From NCBI GenBank assembly GCA_038727515.1, contig JAVYVS010000001.1:602946-666945 (forward strand): a DNA stretch of 64,000 nt, given 5' to 3'. This document shows positions 29,493 through 39,289 of the stretch, piece by piece; within the stretch, counting starts at the first letter, position 1; every line of letters begins with the position of its first letter. The stretch is from Candidatus Methanomethylicia archaeon (GTDB lineage: Archaea; Thermoproteota; Methanomethylicia; Culexarchaeales; Culexarchaeaceae). Position numbers and translations under genes: made by a program. The notes beneath the pieces are model-generated. The model was not told the DNA's origin, did not search any database, and saw only the letters and a program-made list of their open reading frames with translations.

Positions 29493-30325
29493 CCTCCTTT
29501 ACGCATACGTTTAGCTAAATGTGCAATATTACCGAGGATTATAAACACTAATATCACCAAATGAGCTCCACTAAATGCATCGGCCTTCTTAATGCCACTA
29601 CTAGGTTTACCTATTAGAAATTCATATTCACCACCAGGTGCAGAACCCACTAAAGCTGTTATCTGTTTAGCCTCGTAATATGGCCTCATGGTGGGTAACA
29701 TCATATCTAAAACGCAACACAAGTACTTAACTTCAGGGCGCATGGTAACCCATTGCCTAATCCAACCAATGGATGTCTCACCAGCAGATGTAAAACATAT
29801 AACCATATAAAAGTCTCTTATGTTGTTTATATTTGCAGCCATTGGAATTTGAGATAATGGTGTACCTTTATAATCAGATGGAACAGCAGCTTTAAAATCA
29901 TCAGCTAAAGCTTTCATAGCAGTTTCACCACCAGCAATATACCCTATATGGAAGTAATCAACACCATACGTCTTACCGTAAATTTTAGGATCAACTTTAG
30001 ACATAAGCATATCATAAACTATAAGTCCAGTAGCATCAATGGAGAAGAATACTAATTTAACTGGCTTACTAAACAGATGATGTAAAGTGGCTACTTGCAT
30101 AGATTCAAAAGCTGGAAATGAACCAAGACTACAATGTGAAACTAGGATATAACTACCTGGAGGTATTGCTTCAATAGCATTATACCACTCCATAACTGGA
30201 GCTGAAACTGGTACTGGTAAACCCAATGGACGTAACAATGGAATAATCATAGCTATTAAGACAATAGTATATAAAACTTCTCTAGGAACTTCTTCAAGAA
30301 TATCTATAAAAGATTTACCAGCCAT
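29489..30325 (-). CDS. hypothetical membrane-anchored protein (operon member 4)
   Basis: 278 aa; N- and C-terminal hydrophobic helices flanking a soluble domain; no recognised family. Confidence 0.35.
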   Translation of the reverse strand: MAGKSFIDILEEVPREVLYTIVLIAMIIPLLRPLGLPVPVSAPVMEWYNAIEAIPPGSYILVSHCSLGSFPAFESMQVATLHHLFSKPVKLVFFSIDATGLIVYDMLMSKVDPKIYGKTYGVDYFHIGYIAGGETAMKALADDFKAAVPSDYKGTPLSQIPMAANINNIRDFYMVICFTSAGETSIGWIRQWVTMRPEVKYLCCVLDMMLPTMRPYYEAKQITALVGSAPGGEYEFLIGKPSSGIKKADAFSGAHLVILVFIILGNIAHLAKRMRKGG

Positions 30326-30327
30326 AT

Positions 30328-31008
30328 TTAATCCCTCCTACCCATATATCCAGTTTCAGTACCAATCAAAGTTCTTATACCAAGAAGAATAGCTCCTAAT
30401 GCAGCACTCATTTGAATAGCTCTATAAGCACCTATACTTGGATAGTTTGCAAACCATGAAATGAAATCACGAGACCATGGAGCATAAACTTGAAATATTG
30501 GTGCAGCAGCCATCAATGATAGGAAGCCTACAATCAACAATAGGGTTGTCTCAAGGTTTCTAGCTCTAAAAACTCTATAGCATCCAGATGCCATATAGAA
30601 TATTAATGATGCATACATGGTTGCATCCAATGGATTTAAAACATATAATGTAAGCCACTCCCAATTTTTCGCTAAGGGAGTATACCATAAACCTGAGTGG
30701 CCAAAGGATCCTACAATTAAGAAAACAACCATAACAAAGAGTAGCCATGCACTGCAAAATCTATCAAAAGCACTTTTAGCCCTCATAATCCTCCTACTGT
30801 GAATAATTGTTACGTTTACTAAACCAAAGCCTACTATGAAATTCGCAAGTAAATTAGCCCAATTTGTCAATGTAACACCATAATATTGTATAGCATATTC
30901 ATGGGGTTGAGTAATCTTCGCTGGAACTAAGAAATATTGTAAAATCATTACTAAACCACATATGAATGTTATTGCTAGAGGTATATGCCTCCTATAAAAT
31001 ATAGACAT
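30328..31008 (-). CDS. hypothetical polytopic membrane protein (operon member 3)
   Basis: 226 aa, about 6 TM helices; 2-nt gap to next gene. Confidence 0.35.
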   Translation of the reverse strand: MSIFYRRHIPLAITFICGLVMILQYFLVPAKITQPHEYAIQYYGVTLTNWANLLANFIVGFGLVNVTIIHSRRIMRAKSAFDRFCSAWLLFVMVVFLIVGSFGHSGLWYTPLAKNWEWLTLYVLNPLDATMYASLIFYMASGCYRVFRARNLETTLLLIVGFLSLMAAAPIFQVYAPWSRDFISWFANYPSIGAYRAIQMSAALGAILLGIRTLIGTETGYMGRRD

Positions 31009-31017
31009 ACAATCACC

Positions 31018-31323
31018 TCACAATTTAAGAAAATCAATAATACCCTTATAACCAGTAAATGTTAGGGTTAATGCACCAACTATACTCAATGCTAAGGCAA
31101 ATAGTTTTGCTAGATCTTGTATAAAAATACTTGACATAGCAGATGGCTCCTTACTTAGATATGCACCTGCAGCAAACATTTCATCACCAATAATAACATA
31201 ATCACAAACCACAGCAAAGAAGGGTATCTGATATACCCTAGCGGTACCAGCAACTTGTATTGAGCCAACCCTATAGAATGTTTCAGCAAACATCATTGAT
31301 TCAGCCCAGAATGGTCCAACCAT
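31018..31323 (-). CDS. hypothetical membrane protein (operon member 2; possibly C-terminal part of interrupted gene)
   Basis: 101 aa; in the same reading frame as 31384..31833, separated only by one TAA (31381..31383) and 20 sense codons. Confidence 0.3.
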   Translation of the reverse strand: MVGPFWAESMMFAETFYRVGSIQVAGTARVYQIPFFAVVCDYVIIGDEMFAAGAYLSKEPSAMSSIFIQDLAKLFALALSIVGALTLTFTGYKGIIDFLKL

Positions 31324-31383
31324 AACATTAGCTGCAGGTCTTTCTCTTTCAGCAATGCCTTGAACAGCTGCTGCAAATGCAAA

Positions 31384-31833
31384 TTAACTACCAGATAAAT
31401 ATCTTATATCATGCTCAGGTTTTGCACGATCCAATTTACCCTCACTTGTATAAGCCTGTTTATATAGTTCTGTAGCAACACCAAGAACAGTGGGGTCGCC
31501 AACGCTGCATATAATCTCTACATCGTATTTAGCGCATAATCTTGCAAGTTCAGCGAAAACAGCTAAACCTGCAACCACCTGTGGAGAAGTAGCTCCCGTT
31601 AAACCAGCATATCCGGGAGTAAAATGCACTGGTTTACCCATTTCAGCAGCTCTACCCACAGCTTCCTCTAAAGCTTCTAATCCAGCAATCTTCCTCCATT
31701 TTAAAGTCCATCCACGCTTTAAAGCATTCATAACAAGAATTGCTCCAACCCACATGAGTATAAGCAATGCTAAATCTAGATATCTACCAGCAACTATCTG
31801 TTCAACATTTAGAATTGCACCAGCAGAATTCAA
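31384..31833 (-). CDS. hypothetical membrane protein (operon member 1; possibly N-terminal part of interrupted gene)
   Basis: 149 aa; TM helix then motif FTPGYAGLTGATSPQVVAGLAVFAEL; locally higher GC than surroundings. Confidence 0.3.
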   Translation of the reverse strand: MNSAGAILNVEQIVAGRYLDLALLILMWVGAILVMNALKRGWTLKWRKIAGLEALEEAVGRAAEMGKPVHFTPGYAGLTGATSPQVVAGLAVFAELARLCAKYDVEIICSVGDPTVLGVATELYKQAYTSEGKLDRAKPEHDIRYLSGS

Positions 31834-32092
31834 AATTTTCCCTCCAAAATTGAGTATTGTAAAATTTTTGGTAACTCAAATAAAATTTTGAAGTTTGTGG
31901 TATATAAGGTTATTGGAGTTAAATGGTATGCAATGATAAAATTTATTTTGTCATTCGTTAAAAAGTAGTGTTGATGGGATGATTGAGCTCGAAAGGTATG
32001 ACCTTAATGGAATGATTAACCCATGCTAAATGACCGTAAAAATTATTTTAATGCATAGAATATAGGTTAAAGGTTGTTTATGGTGATATCTT

Positions 32093-32362
32093 ATGTCCAA
32101 GAAGGCTGGTAAGAAGGCTGTAAAAACTGAGGTTAAGAAGATAGTTAGAGAAATGGTTATTGAATCAGAGCTTGTGGAGAAGGTTAAGAAGGATTTGAAA
32201 AGCTTTCAATATTTAACCCCACTGGTATTGACTAACAAGTATAATGTTAGTTTAGGAGTTTCTAAAAGGGTTTTAAGAAGTCTTGCAGAAGCAAAATTGA
32301 TAGAGTTAGTATCCAACAATCCTAGGACACCAGTATACATTGTTAGAGGAGGGAAAAAGTAA
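32093..32362 (+). CDS. rps25e: 30S ribosomal protein S25e
   Basis: 89 aa, Lys-rich N-terminus, winged-helix core (VLTNKYNVSLGVSKRVLRSLAEAKLIELV) typical of S25e; GGTGAT SD-like motif 6 nt upstream. Confidence 0.75.
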   Translation: MSKKAGKKAVKTEVKKIVREMVIESELVEKVKKDLKSFQYLTPLVLTNKYNVSLGVSKRVLRSLAEAKLIELVSNNPRTPVYIVRGGKK

Positions 32363-32404
32363 TTAGTGTGTAATGAATAAAGGGTTTGGTGGTGACCTTC
32401 AATT

Positions 32405-33814
32405 GTGTTCAAAATATATAATACCTTAACATCAAGTAAGGAAGTTTTCAGACCAATTAATAGAAGTATTGTTAGAATGTATGTTTGTGGCCCAACAGTT
32501 TATGATAAAACCCATATTGGACATGCAAAAGCATATATATCCTTTGACGTTTTAAGAAGGTATTTAGAGTTTAAAGGATATAATGTTTTAAAAGTTGTTA
32601 ATATAACTGATATAGATGATAAGATAATTAGAAAAGCTATTGAAATGAATGTTGATTATAGAGATGTTGCAAAAGAGAATTATGAGGATTTTATTAGGGT
32701 ATGTGAAAAATTGAATATTAGGAAAGCTCATGTATACCCAAAAGCAACAGAACATATTGAAGAAATGATAAAGATCGTAGAGAAACTGATTGAGAAGGGA
32801 TATGCATATGAAGTTGATGGTAATGTTTACTTTAATGTTAGAAAGTTTAGAGATTATGGTAAATTATCAAAGATAAATATAGAGCAAATGAAAACTCAAG
32901 AAGAAGCTCCTGGAAAGATAAATCCACAAGATTTCGCACTTTGGAAGAAAGCTAAAATCATGGAACCATATTGGAATAGTCCATGGGGACCTGGAAGACC
33001 TGGATGGCATATAGAATGCTCAGCAATGTCTTCAAAATATCTTGGGAAACAATTTGATATACATGGTGGTGGAGAAGACCTGATTTTCCCACATCATGAA
33101 AATGAAATAGCTCAAAGTGAAGCATGTTTTGAAAAGAAGCCATGGGTGAAATATTGGGTTCATGTGGGATTATTAATGATGGGTAAAGATAAAATGTCTA
33201 AATCCCTTGGAAACATAATAACTGTTGAAGAAATAACAAAGAAATATTCACCAATGGAGTTTAGATTCTACATAATAAGTGGACATTATAGGAGTCAAAC
33301 AATATTCCAAGAAGAAAGCCTTGAAGCAATGAGAAATGCATATAAGAGAATTATAAATACCATATCCATATTGAAAAACACAGCTATATTTGGAAAGGAG
33401 AAAACAAATGATGATACATTAAAAAATATAATTATTGTTAGTAGAATTAGAAGAAGGATTATTGAAGCAATGGATGATGATTTAAATACACCAAAAGCAT
33501 TAGCAGAATTACATAAATTAACAAGTTTTGTAAATGATAAAGTAATACCAAGTGAAAATGCTATAACAGCAAGATTAGCTTTGAAAATATATAGTGAAAT
33601 GAATGAAATTTTAGGGGTTTTTAAAGAGGTATTTGAAGAAAGAATTGAAGAAGATAAGAGACTAAATGAATTGATAAACTTACTTATATCAATTAGACAG
33701 ATACATAGAGCAAGGAAAGAATGGGAAATTGCAGATTTAATAGCTAAGAATTTAAGAGATATGGGAATAGAGATTTCGGATCAAAAGGATAAAACTATAT
33801 GGTGGTTTAAGTAG
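32405..33814 (+). CDS. cysS: cysteinyl-tRNA synthetase
   Basis: 469 aa; class I signatures CGPTVYDKTHIGHAKAY (HIGH) and KMSKSLGN, Zn-binding Cys/His positions. Confidence 0.9.
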   Translation: MFKIYNTLTSSKEVFRPINRSIVRMYVCGPTVYDKTHIGHAKAYISFDVLRRYLEFKGYNVLKVVNITDIDDKIIRKAIEMNVDYRDVAKENYEDFIRVCEKLNIRKAHVYPKATEHIEEMIKIVEKLIEKGYAYEVDGNVYFNVRKFRDYGKLSKINIEQMKTQEEAPGKINPQDFALWKKAKIMEPYWNSPWGPGRPGWHIECSAMSSKYLGKQFDIHGGGEDLIFPHHENEIAQSEACFEKKPWVKYWVHVGLLMMGKDKMSKSLGNIITVEEITKKYSPMEFRFYIISGHYRSQTIFQEESLEAMRNAYKRIINTISILKNTAIFGKEKTNDDTLKNIIIVSRIRRRIIEAMDDDLNTPKALAELHKLTSFVNDKVIPSENAITARLALKIYSEMNEILGVFKEVFEERIEEDKRLNELINLLISIRQIHRARKEWEIADLIAKNLRDMGIEISDQKDKTIWWFK

Positions 33815-34742
33815 TTTCAATCATACCTAAAGCTTCATATACTGCAGCTAAAAGTATTGGTAATATTATTGTGGCATCACCATAAACAGTAACCTTTTTA
33901 GCTTTAGGTTTAACCTTACCCCAGCTCACAGCTTCTCTAATATGAGCACCACTTAAACTACCATCATATTCAAATGCAGTAGTAACATATACAACATAAT
34001 CCAAACCACCTTTAAATTGATTCCACCATATCGTATGATGTTTTGAAATCCCACCACCAATAATTAATGCACCAGTAATTTCACTATCAAATATTATATC
34101 TGAAAGCTCTTTTTGATCCTTTAATAAATCAATATTAAATTTGTGGGATTGTGAATACATGAATAAACTTGTTCCAAAGGATGAATCCACAATTCCAGGA
34201 ACATATACTGGTATATTCATTAAATATGCTTGTCTTAAAAATGAATTTTGATCTTCCAATACAGCGCCAACTTCACTTAAAATTTCCCTAACCCCCCAAA
34301 CACATTTAATCTTTGTAAGTTTATCAAGTAAATTCCAAGTAAATTTCTCAATGATCAAACCATAAGAAGACTCTGGAATTAAGATGTTTCCAAGTCTGAA
34401 GATTCCATGTTCCTTCAACATAGAATCATCAAGTTGGAAATCTCCATGATAATATTTACCACCCATAGATCTAGCTATATCGTGGTCAATAGATCCACCC
34501 GTAGTTATAATGACATCAATTAAACCCTTACCAATAAGTTCAGATATAACCCCCCTTAAACCAGTTGCCAATAAATTTGCTGTAAAGGATAAGAAAACTT
34601 TACATGAATTATCATTAAACATATCAATTAAAATTCTGTATGCATCATATACAAATTTAGAGGAAAAACCACCCATTAGACCATATCGTTCAACTAAATC
34701 CTTTAAACTCAATTTTTCACAAACTTTAATATCAACAACCAT
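33807..34742 (-). CDS. dys: deoxyhypusine synthase
   Basis: DHS-like throughout (VIITTGGSIDHDIARS, GDFQLDD, GALIIGGGISKHH); annotated ORF start at 34772 is a GTG; first ATG (MVVDIKV) at 34742 used. Confidence 0.8.
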   Translation of the reverse strand: MVVDIKVCEKLSLKDLVERYGLMGGFSSKFVYDAYRILIDMFNDNSCKVFLSFTANLLATGLRGVISELIGKGLIDVIITTGGSIDHDIARSMGGKYYHGDFQLDDSMLKEHGIFRLGNILIPESSYGLIIEKFTWNLLDKLTKIKCVWGVREILSEVGAVLEDQNSFLRQAYLMNIPVYVPGIVDSSFGTSLFMYSQSHKFNIDLLKDQKELSDIIFDSEITGALIIGGGISKHHTIWWNQFKGGLDYVVYVTTAFEYDGSLSGAHIREAVSWGKVKPKAKKVTVYGDATIILPILLAAVYEALGMIETT

Positions 34743-34773
34743 ATCATGCAAGAACTGTGACAATATAAGCACC

Positions 34774-35025
34774 TCAAGTTAATGGGAGCCCTTTACAGTG
34801 AACCTTACCAGAAACTCTCCTAATAAAATTTTTACATGTAAAACATATTAGAAATGGAACTTCACCACCACATATAGGACATGAAATCACTTCTTTACGC
34901 ATATTTGTAAGCATTTTACCTCCAACAACACCCTTAATCTCATCTAAAATTTCTTTGGGGACCTTTTGAACTTTATCCACCTTCTTAATTTCAACTACAT
35001 ACTTAACTTCACTCAAATAATACAC
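34774..35025 (-). CDS. small zinc-ribbon protein, unknown function
   Basis: 83 aa; CPICGG...CFTCK...C Cys motif; directly upstream of dys. Confidence 0.3.
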   Translation of the reverse strand: MYYLSEVKYVVEIKKVDKVQKVPKEILDEIKGVVGGKMLTNMRKEVISCPICGGEVPFLICFTCKNFIRRVSGKVHCKGLPLT

Positions 35026-35114
35026 CTGAAAGACACTTTAACCATGCATAAGATAAATCTTACGATAAATCAAATTTTAATACCTAAACATAATAAATAT
35101 GGTAGGAGAGAATT

Positions 35115-35471
35115 GTGAGTAGTAGAAGTACACCAATAGATTTAGCATCAAAAGATTATCAAGCAGCAAAGAAATATGCAATACAAGTATATTTAGAAGG
35201 GGTAGATGTAGCTATAAAAGTTGCACAACAATCAAAGGAGAAATATGGACTTAGTGAAAAGGAATACATAACCATATTGGATAGCATACTAGACAAAACC
35301 ATAAGCCCACTAAAATATCTAATACAAGAATATGAACATTTACCAGAAGACATAAAAGACTTATTCAGAACAGAAGAAGAAAGAGATATTGAAAGGAGAA
35401 TTTCAGAATTAGTTTCAAAAAGATTATCAAAGATAATTGAAGAAGCAGAAAAATTTGGAAGACAAAAATGA
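35115..35471 (+). CDS. hypothetical small charged helical protein
   Basis: 118 aa, no TM, Lys/Glu-rich; precedes HerA-like ATPase. Confidence 0.3.
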   Translation: MSSRSTPIDLASKDYQAAKKYAIQVYLEGVDVAIKVAQQSKEKYGLSEKEYITILDSILDKTISPLKYLIQEYEHLPEDIKDLFRTEEERDIERRISELVSKRLSKIIEEAEKFGRQK

Positions 35472-35493
35472 TTATGTAAATTGTTTGAGCTAA

Positions 35494-37077
35494 GTGAAGA
35501 ACATTTCAAGTAGGAAATTAATAGTATGTAAATGGAAGAAGATTAGGGGGAGAATAAAAGGTAAAAATGATTGGACAATGGAAATAGCTCCAATATTAGC
35601 CATAATAACAATACTACTTCTAAAGAAGAGTTACTTCATTGATATAATCATGAAGAACATTGAAATAATCATACTAGTAGCAATGACCATAACAATTTCA
35701 ACGATTATCACTGTTAAATTGAAAAACAAAAATAAAGTATTTATTGGGTTAAATGGATTAAGACCAGTCTACCTAGATCTATCTGGAAATAAACATATAG
35801 TGATATTTGGAATGACTGGAAGTGGAAAAACAGAAACTGCAAAAAGAATCCTAAAAAGTGTAAATAAAAAGAAGTTAATAATAGATTGGTCTGGTGAATA
35901 TACCGATTATAAGTCTATTGAACCATCAGAATTAAAAATAGATTTGAAGAAAGAAGATATAATAGATGCCATTATAAGTACATTCCAACTAACAATACCA
36001 CAACAAACATTACTAATAGAAGCAAGTAAAAGAGGGGGAGGATTAAAGGAAATAATAGAAGAAATAAAAAAGATAAACTATCAAAGCGATTCAGGAAGAG
36101 AGGTAAAAGATGCATTAATCAGAAAACTATCCATACTAGAAAAATTAAACTTATTTAATGGAAATAAAAATTTAGCAGAAGTAGAAGCGATAAATTTATC
36201 GAAAATAACATTTGAAGCAAAAAAGCTTGTTACAAACATAATATTGAAATCATTTTATAATAATCCAGAACCAAGAATCCTAGTAATAGAAGAAGCACAA
36301 AACATCATGCCAAGACAAAATCAAGAAACAATAAATGTAACAGAACTGATAATAAATGAAATTAGGAAATATGGTGTAAACGTAATATTAATAGCTCAAA
36401 CTCCAAGCCAAATATCAAACGTATATAGAAATGCGGAATATGTTATAATCCATAGATTAAGATTAACACATCATGAAATCCAAGAACTAGGACTAAAAAT
36501 GGAGGAAGCAGAAAAAATATCAAAATTAAATTTAGGAGAATGTATAATTATAAGTGGAGGGGAGAAGAGAGAAGTCAGGTTAATAGGGGTAAAGGGGATT
36601 ATTAAAAATATAAGCAAAATTAAATATGAAAATACAGTGAAAGATGAAATAGAGCGCATTAATATAAGAAATTTAGAGGAAGATTATGAGATAATCAAAA
36701 GAAAAGTAATAGAACTTGAAGAAAATTATAAACAATTAATTGAAAAATATAGAAGAATAGAGAAGGTAAAAATAGCTGAAAACCCAATAAGCCTCGGGGA
36801 ATTTATAGATAGAACTGAAGATAAATTGGTAAAGATATCAACATCAATAAGTATTTTAAAAGATAAAATGGAATCAATAGAAGAAAAGACCTCTAAAAAC
36901 AATTTGGACAAACAAAATTTTGAAAGTATAATTGGAAAAATAGAAAAACAAACCATTACAAATTCAAATAGAATAATAGAATTGGAGCGAAGGGTAGATG
37001 ACATCTTGGATAAAATGAAGAGATTTGAATATTGGGTTAAGGAGGTAATATCACAAATTGAAGATAGAATACGATAA
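35494..37077 (+). CDS. membrane-anchored HerA/DUF87-type P-loop ATPase with C-terminal coiled coil
   Basis: 527 aa; two N-terminal TM helices (likely start MEIAPILAIITILLL near 35578); Walker A IVIFGMTGSGKTE; Walker B / DEAH-like ILVIEEAQNIMP; about 170-aa C-terminal heptad-rich tail. Confidence 0.55.
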   Translation: MKNISSRKLIVCKWKKIRGRIKGKNDWTMEIAPILAIITILLLKKSYFIDIIMKNIEIIILVAMTITISTIITVKLKNKNKVFIGLNGLRPVYLDLSGNKHIVIFGMTGSGKTETAKRILKSVNKKKLIIDWSGEYTDYKSIEPSELKIDLKKEDIIDAIISTFQLTIPQQTLLIEASKRGGGLKEIIEEIKKINYQSDSGREVKDALIRKLSILEKLNLFNGNKNLAEVEAINLSKITFEAKKLVTNIILKSFYNNPEPRILVIEEAQNIMPRQNQETINVTELIINEIRKYGVNVILIAQTPSQISNVYRNAEYVIIHRLRLTHHEIQELGLKMEEAEKISKLNLGECIIISGGEKREVRLIGVKGIIKNISKIKYENTVKDEIERINIRNLEEDYEIIKRKVIELEENYKQLIEKYRRIEKVKIAENPISLGEFIDRTEDKLVKISTSISILKDKMESIEEKTSKNNLDKQNFESIIGKIEKQTITNSNRIIELERRVDDILDKMKRFEYWVKEVISQIEDRIR

Positions 37078-38878
37078 ATACTTTCCCTATCGAGAATACA
37101 GAAATGGACAAATAGAATTGATAGAAAAAGTTATGGATACAATATTAAATGGTGAAAACATTATTTTAAGAGCCCCATCAGGATTTGGAAAAACCATAAC
37201 AGTACTTACAGCCATCATACCCATCTTAGAAAGATTAGAGGATAATAGAGTTATATGGCTTTGTAGAACACATAGGGAAAATAATAGGGTTATAGAAGAA
37301 ATAAAGAAGATTAAAAATATACCCAATACAATAAATGCTATAACTTTAGAAGCTAGAACAAAGATGTGTATAAAAAGTTTAGATAAAGATTTAAAGAAAG
37401 ATCATGAAGCATTCTCAATATTGTGTTCAGAATTAAGAAGACAAGGGAAATGTGAATATTATGATAAGAAAAAGATAGAAGGTATAGAGATACCACAGGT
37501 ATGTGGTGTAAAAGAACTTATAGAAATATGTGAGAAAAATAATGTATGCCCTTATGAAGTTGCAAAAAGAGAAGCATCCATACGTAGAATACTAATAGCA
37601 AATTATAATTACATGTTAATACCACAAATAATGAAAACCTTAAATCTAAAATTAAAAAACTCAATACTAATAGTAGATGAAGCACATAATCTACCAGAAA
37701 TAGCAGTAAATATGGAAATGGAAAAGATAACAATTAGAGGATTAGAAGAAACTATCATAGAAATGGAGAGAGAAGATTTAATTCAAGAAATAGAGATAAT
37801 TGAACAATTAATGAAAATCATAGTTAAAGAAAGCAATGTGGAAGTAGTAATAGAAAAAGATCGTCTAAAAAGAGCCATTGAAGAAGTATGTGGAAATTTA
37901 AGTGATATAGCATTGAAATTAATTACTGAGGGAGATAGGATAAGACATAGACTTGCAAAAGAAGGTAAGAAACCAATTTCACATATACATCACCTAGGAA
38001 AATTTTTGAAAAAATTTCAAAGCATAGTGGAAAAAGAAGAATATGCAGTATTTTCTGGAAATAGTGAAATGTGGATAGAATGCTTCGATCCATCAAATAT
38101 CCTAAGGAAAATATATGGCACATTTAATGCTACAATAAGTATGTCAGGAACCATAGATGAAAAATATGGAGAATTAATAGGAATACAAAAATATAGATAT
38201 GTAAAAACAACATACACAAATAGCAAAAATATACTACCAATAATTGTTGAAAATGTATCCACAGATTACGAAGAAAGAAGTTTGGAGATGTATCAAAAAA
38301 TAAATGAGTACATATTCATATTATCGGAGAATACTAAGATGGGTATAGGGGTATTCACAGCATCATATAAAGTTTTAGAGGGGCTAATCGAGGCAGGCAT
38401 AAAAAAATTAATGAAACCAATATACATTGAAGAACAAAATGAAGATCCAAGAACAAGCGAATGGAAAATAGAAGCATATAAGGAAAAAGCACGAAATGAG
38501 GGAGCCATATACCTTGGAGTTTGTGGTGGAAGAGCAAGTGAAGGAGAAGATTTCCCAGGAAGAGAAATGGATATAGTATTACTTGTTGGAATACCATTCC
38601 CAGAACCTTCAATAAGAATAGATAAGAAAAATGAATACTATGAAAAAAGATTTGGAGAAAAAGGGAAATTATACAGTTATATTTTACCAGCAATATGGAA
38701 GGCATCACAAGCAGCTGGAAGAGCTATAAGAGGACATGAAGATAAAGGGATAGTGGTATACTTAGATAGAAGGTATAAAAGATATATTGACTTACTCCCA
38801 GAATGGTTAAAACCGAGAAAAATTATAAAAGAACCTGAACAATTAAAAGAGGAAGTAATATTTTTCTTCACACCATAA
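37058..38878 (+). CDS. XPD/Rad3-like (DinG family) Fe-S helicase
   Basis: 606 aa; FPYREYRNGQ N-terminus, motif I ILRAPSGFGKT, Cys-containing Fe-S insertion, DEAH box ILIVDEAHNLPE, C-terminal GRAIRGHEDKGIVVYLDRRY. Confidence 0.8.
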   Translation: MKIEYDKYFPYREYRNGQIELIEKVMDTILNGENIILRAPSGFGKTITVLTAIIPILERLEDNRVIWLCRTHRENNRVIEEIKKIKNIPNTINAITLEARTKMCIKSLDKDLKKDHEAFSILCSELRRQGKCEYYDKKKIEGIEIPQVCGVKELIEICEKNNVCPYEVAKREASIRRILIANYNYMLIPQIMKTLNLKLKNSILIVDEAHNLPEIAVNMEMEKITIRGLEETIIEMEREDLIQEIEIIEQLMKIIVKESNVEVVIEKDRLKRAIEEVCGNLSDIALKLITEGDRIRHRLAKEGKKPISHIHHLGKFLKKFQSIVEKEEYAVFSGNSEMWIECFDPSNILRKIYGTFNATISMSGTIDEKYGELIGIQKYRYVKTTYTNSKNILPIIVENVSTDYEERSLEMYQKINEYIFILSENTKMGIGVFTASYKVLEGLIEAGIKKLMKPIYIEEQNEDPRTSEWKIEAYKEKARNEGAIYLGVCGGRASEGEDFPGREMDIVLLVGIPFPEPSIRIDKKNEYYEKRFGEKGKLYSYILPAIWKASQAAGRAIRGHEDKGIVVYLDRRYKRYIDLLPEWLKPRKIIKEPEQLKEEVIFFFTP

Positions 38879-38920
38879 AAATTAATAAATTAGACCATGT
38901 AAAATAAGTTCAGAGAAATA

Positions 38921-39289
38921 TTGAGCATGGAAGATTATATTTTAGAAATGATCACAGCATCTCAAGAAAAATTTGAAATAAAACTGTTAAGGGCAATAGC
39001 CCCATTAACAACATTCGAAATTATAAAGAAATTACCATTAAAAGCAACATTACTAGTTTATAAGGGGAAAATATACATACCAATAGAAATCAATATCAAA
39101 GGGGAAAAAACTTTGAATAAAGCTTTAAAAGGGGATGTAACATACTCCAGTATAAATAAAGCAATAATAATACATTTAGAAGAAGAATCCGTAAAATCAG
39201 AAACAAAGATTGGAGTAGCTTTAAACATTGAAAATCTAGGTAAGATTAAAAGTGGAACAAGCATATTATTAAGGAGGAAGGAATATTGA
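38921..39289 (+). CDS. hypothetical protein (small beta-rich)
   Basis: 122 aa; no confident family; 4-nt overlap with nrdG-like gene. Confidence 0.3.
   Translation: MSMEDYILEMITASQEKFEIKLLRAIAPLTTFEIIKKLPLKATLLVYKGKIYIPIEINIKGEKTLNKALKGDVTYSSINKAIIIHLEEESVKSETKIGVALNIENLGKIKSGTSILLRRKEY

Noticed and set aside
31384-31833. Locally elevated GC in the first ORF of the membrane-protein operon, as a sign of horizontal acquisition
   Set aside because: Third-codon positions remain A/T-biased like the rest of the window, and the GC rise is explained by Gly/Ala/Pro-rich membrane-protein composition.
31834-32092. Possible C/D box sRNA in the 259-bp spacer upstream of rps25e (three ATGAT(T/A)(A/G)A motifs: aATGATAa, gATGATTGa, aATGATTAa)
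   Set aside because: No downstream CUGA D/D' boxes on either strand and no terminal stem; the motifs are more likely chance or promoter-associated A/T-rich sequence.
35494-37077. Interpreting the HerA-like ATPase plus XPD pair as a defence island
   Set aside because: No nuclease, Sir2/TIR, methyltransferase or other effector gene accompanies it, and XPD is a near-universal archaeal gene; kept only as a hypothesis about a DNA-handling membrane ATPase.
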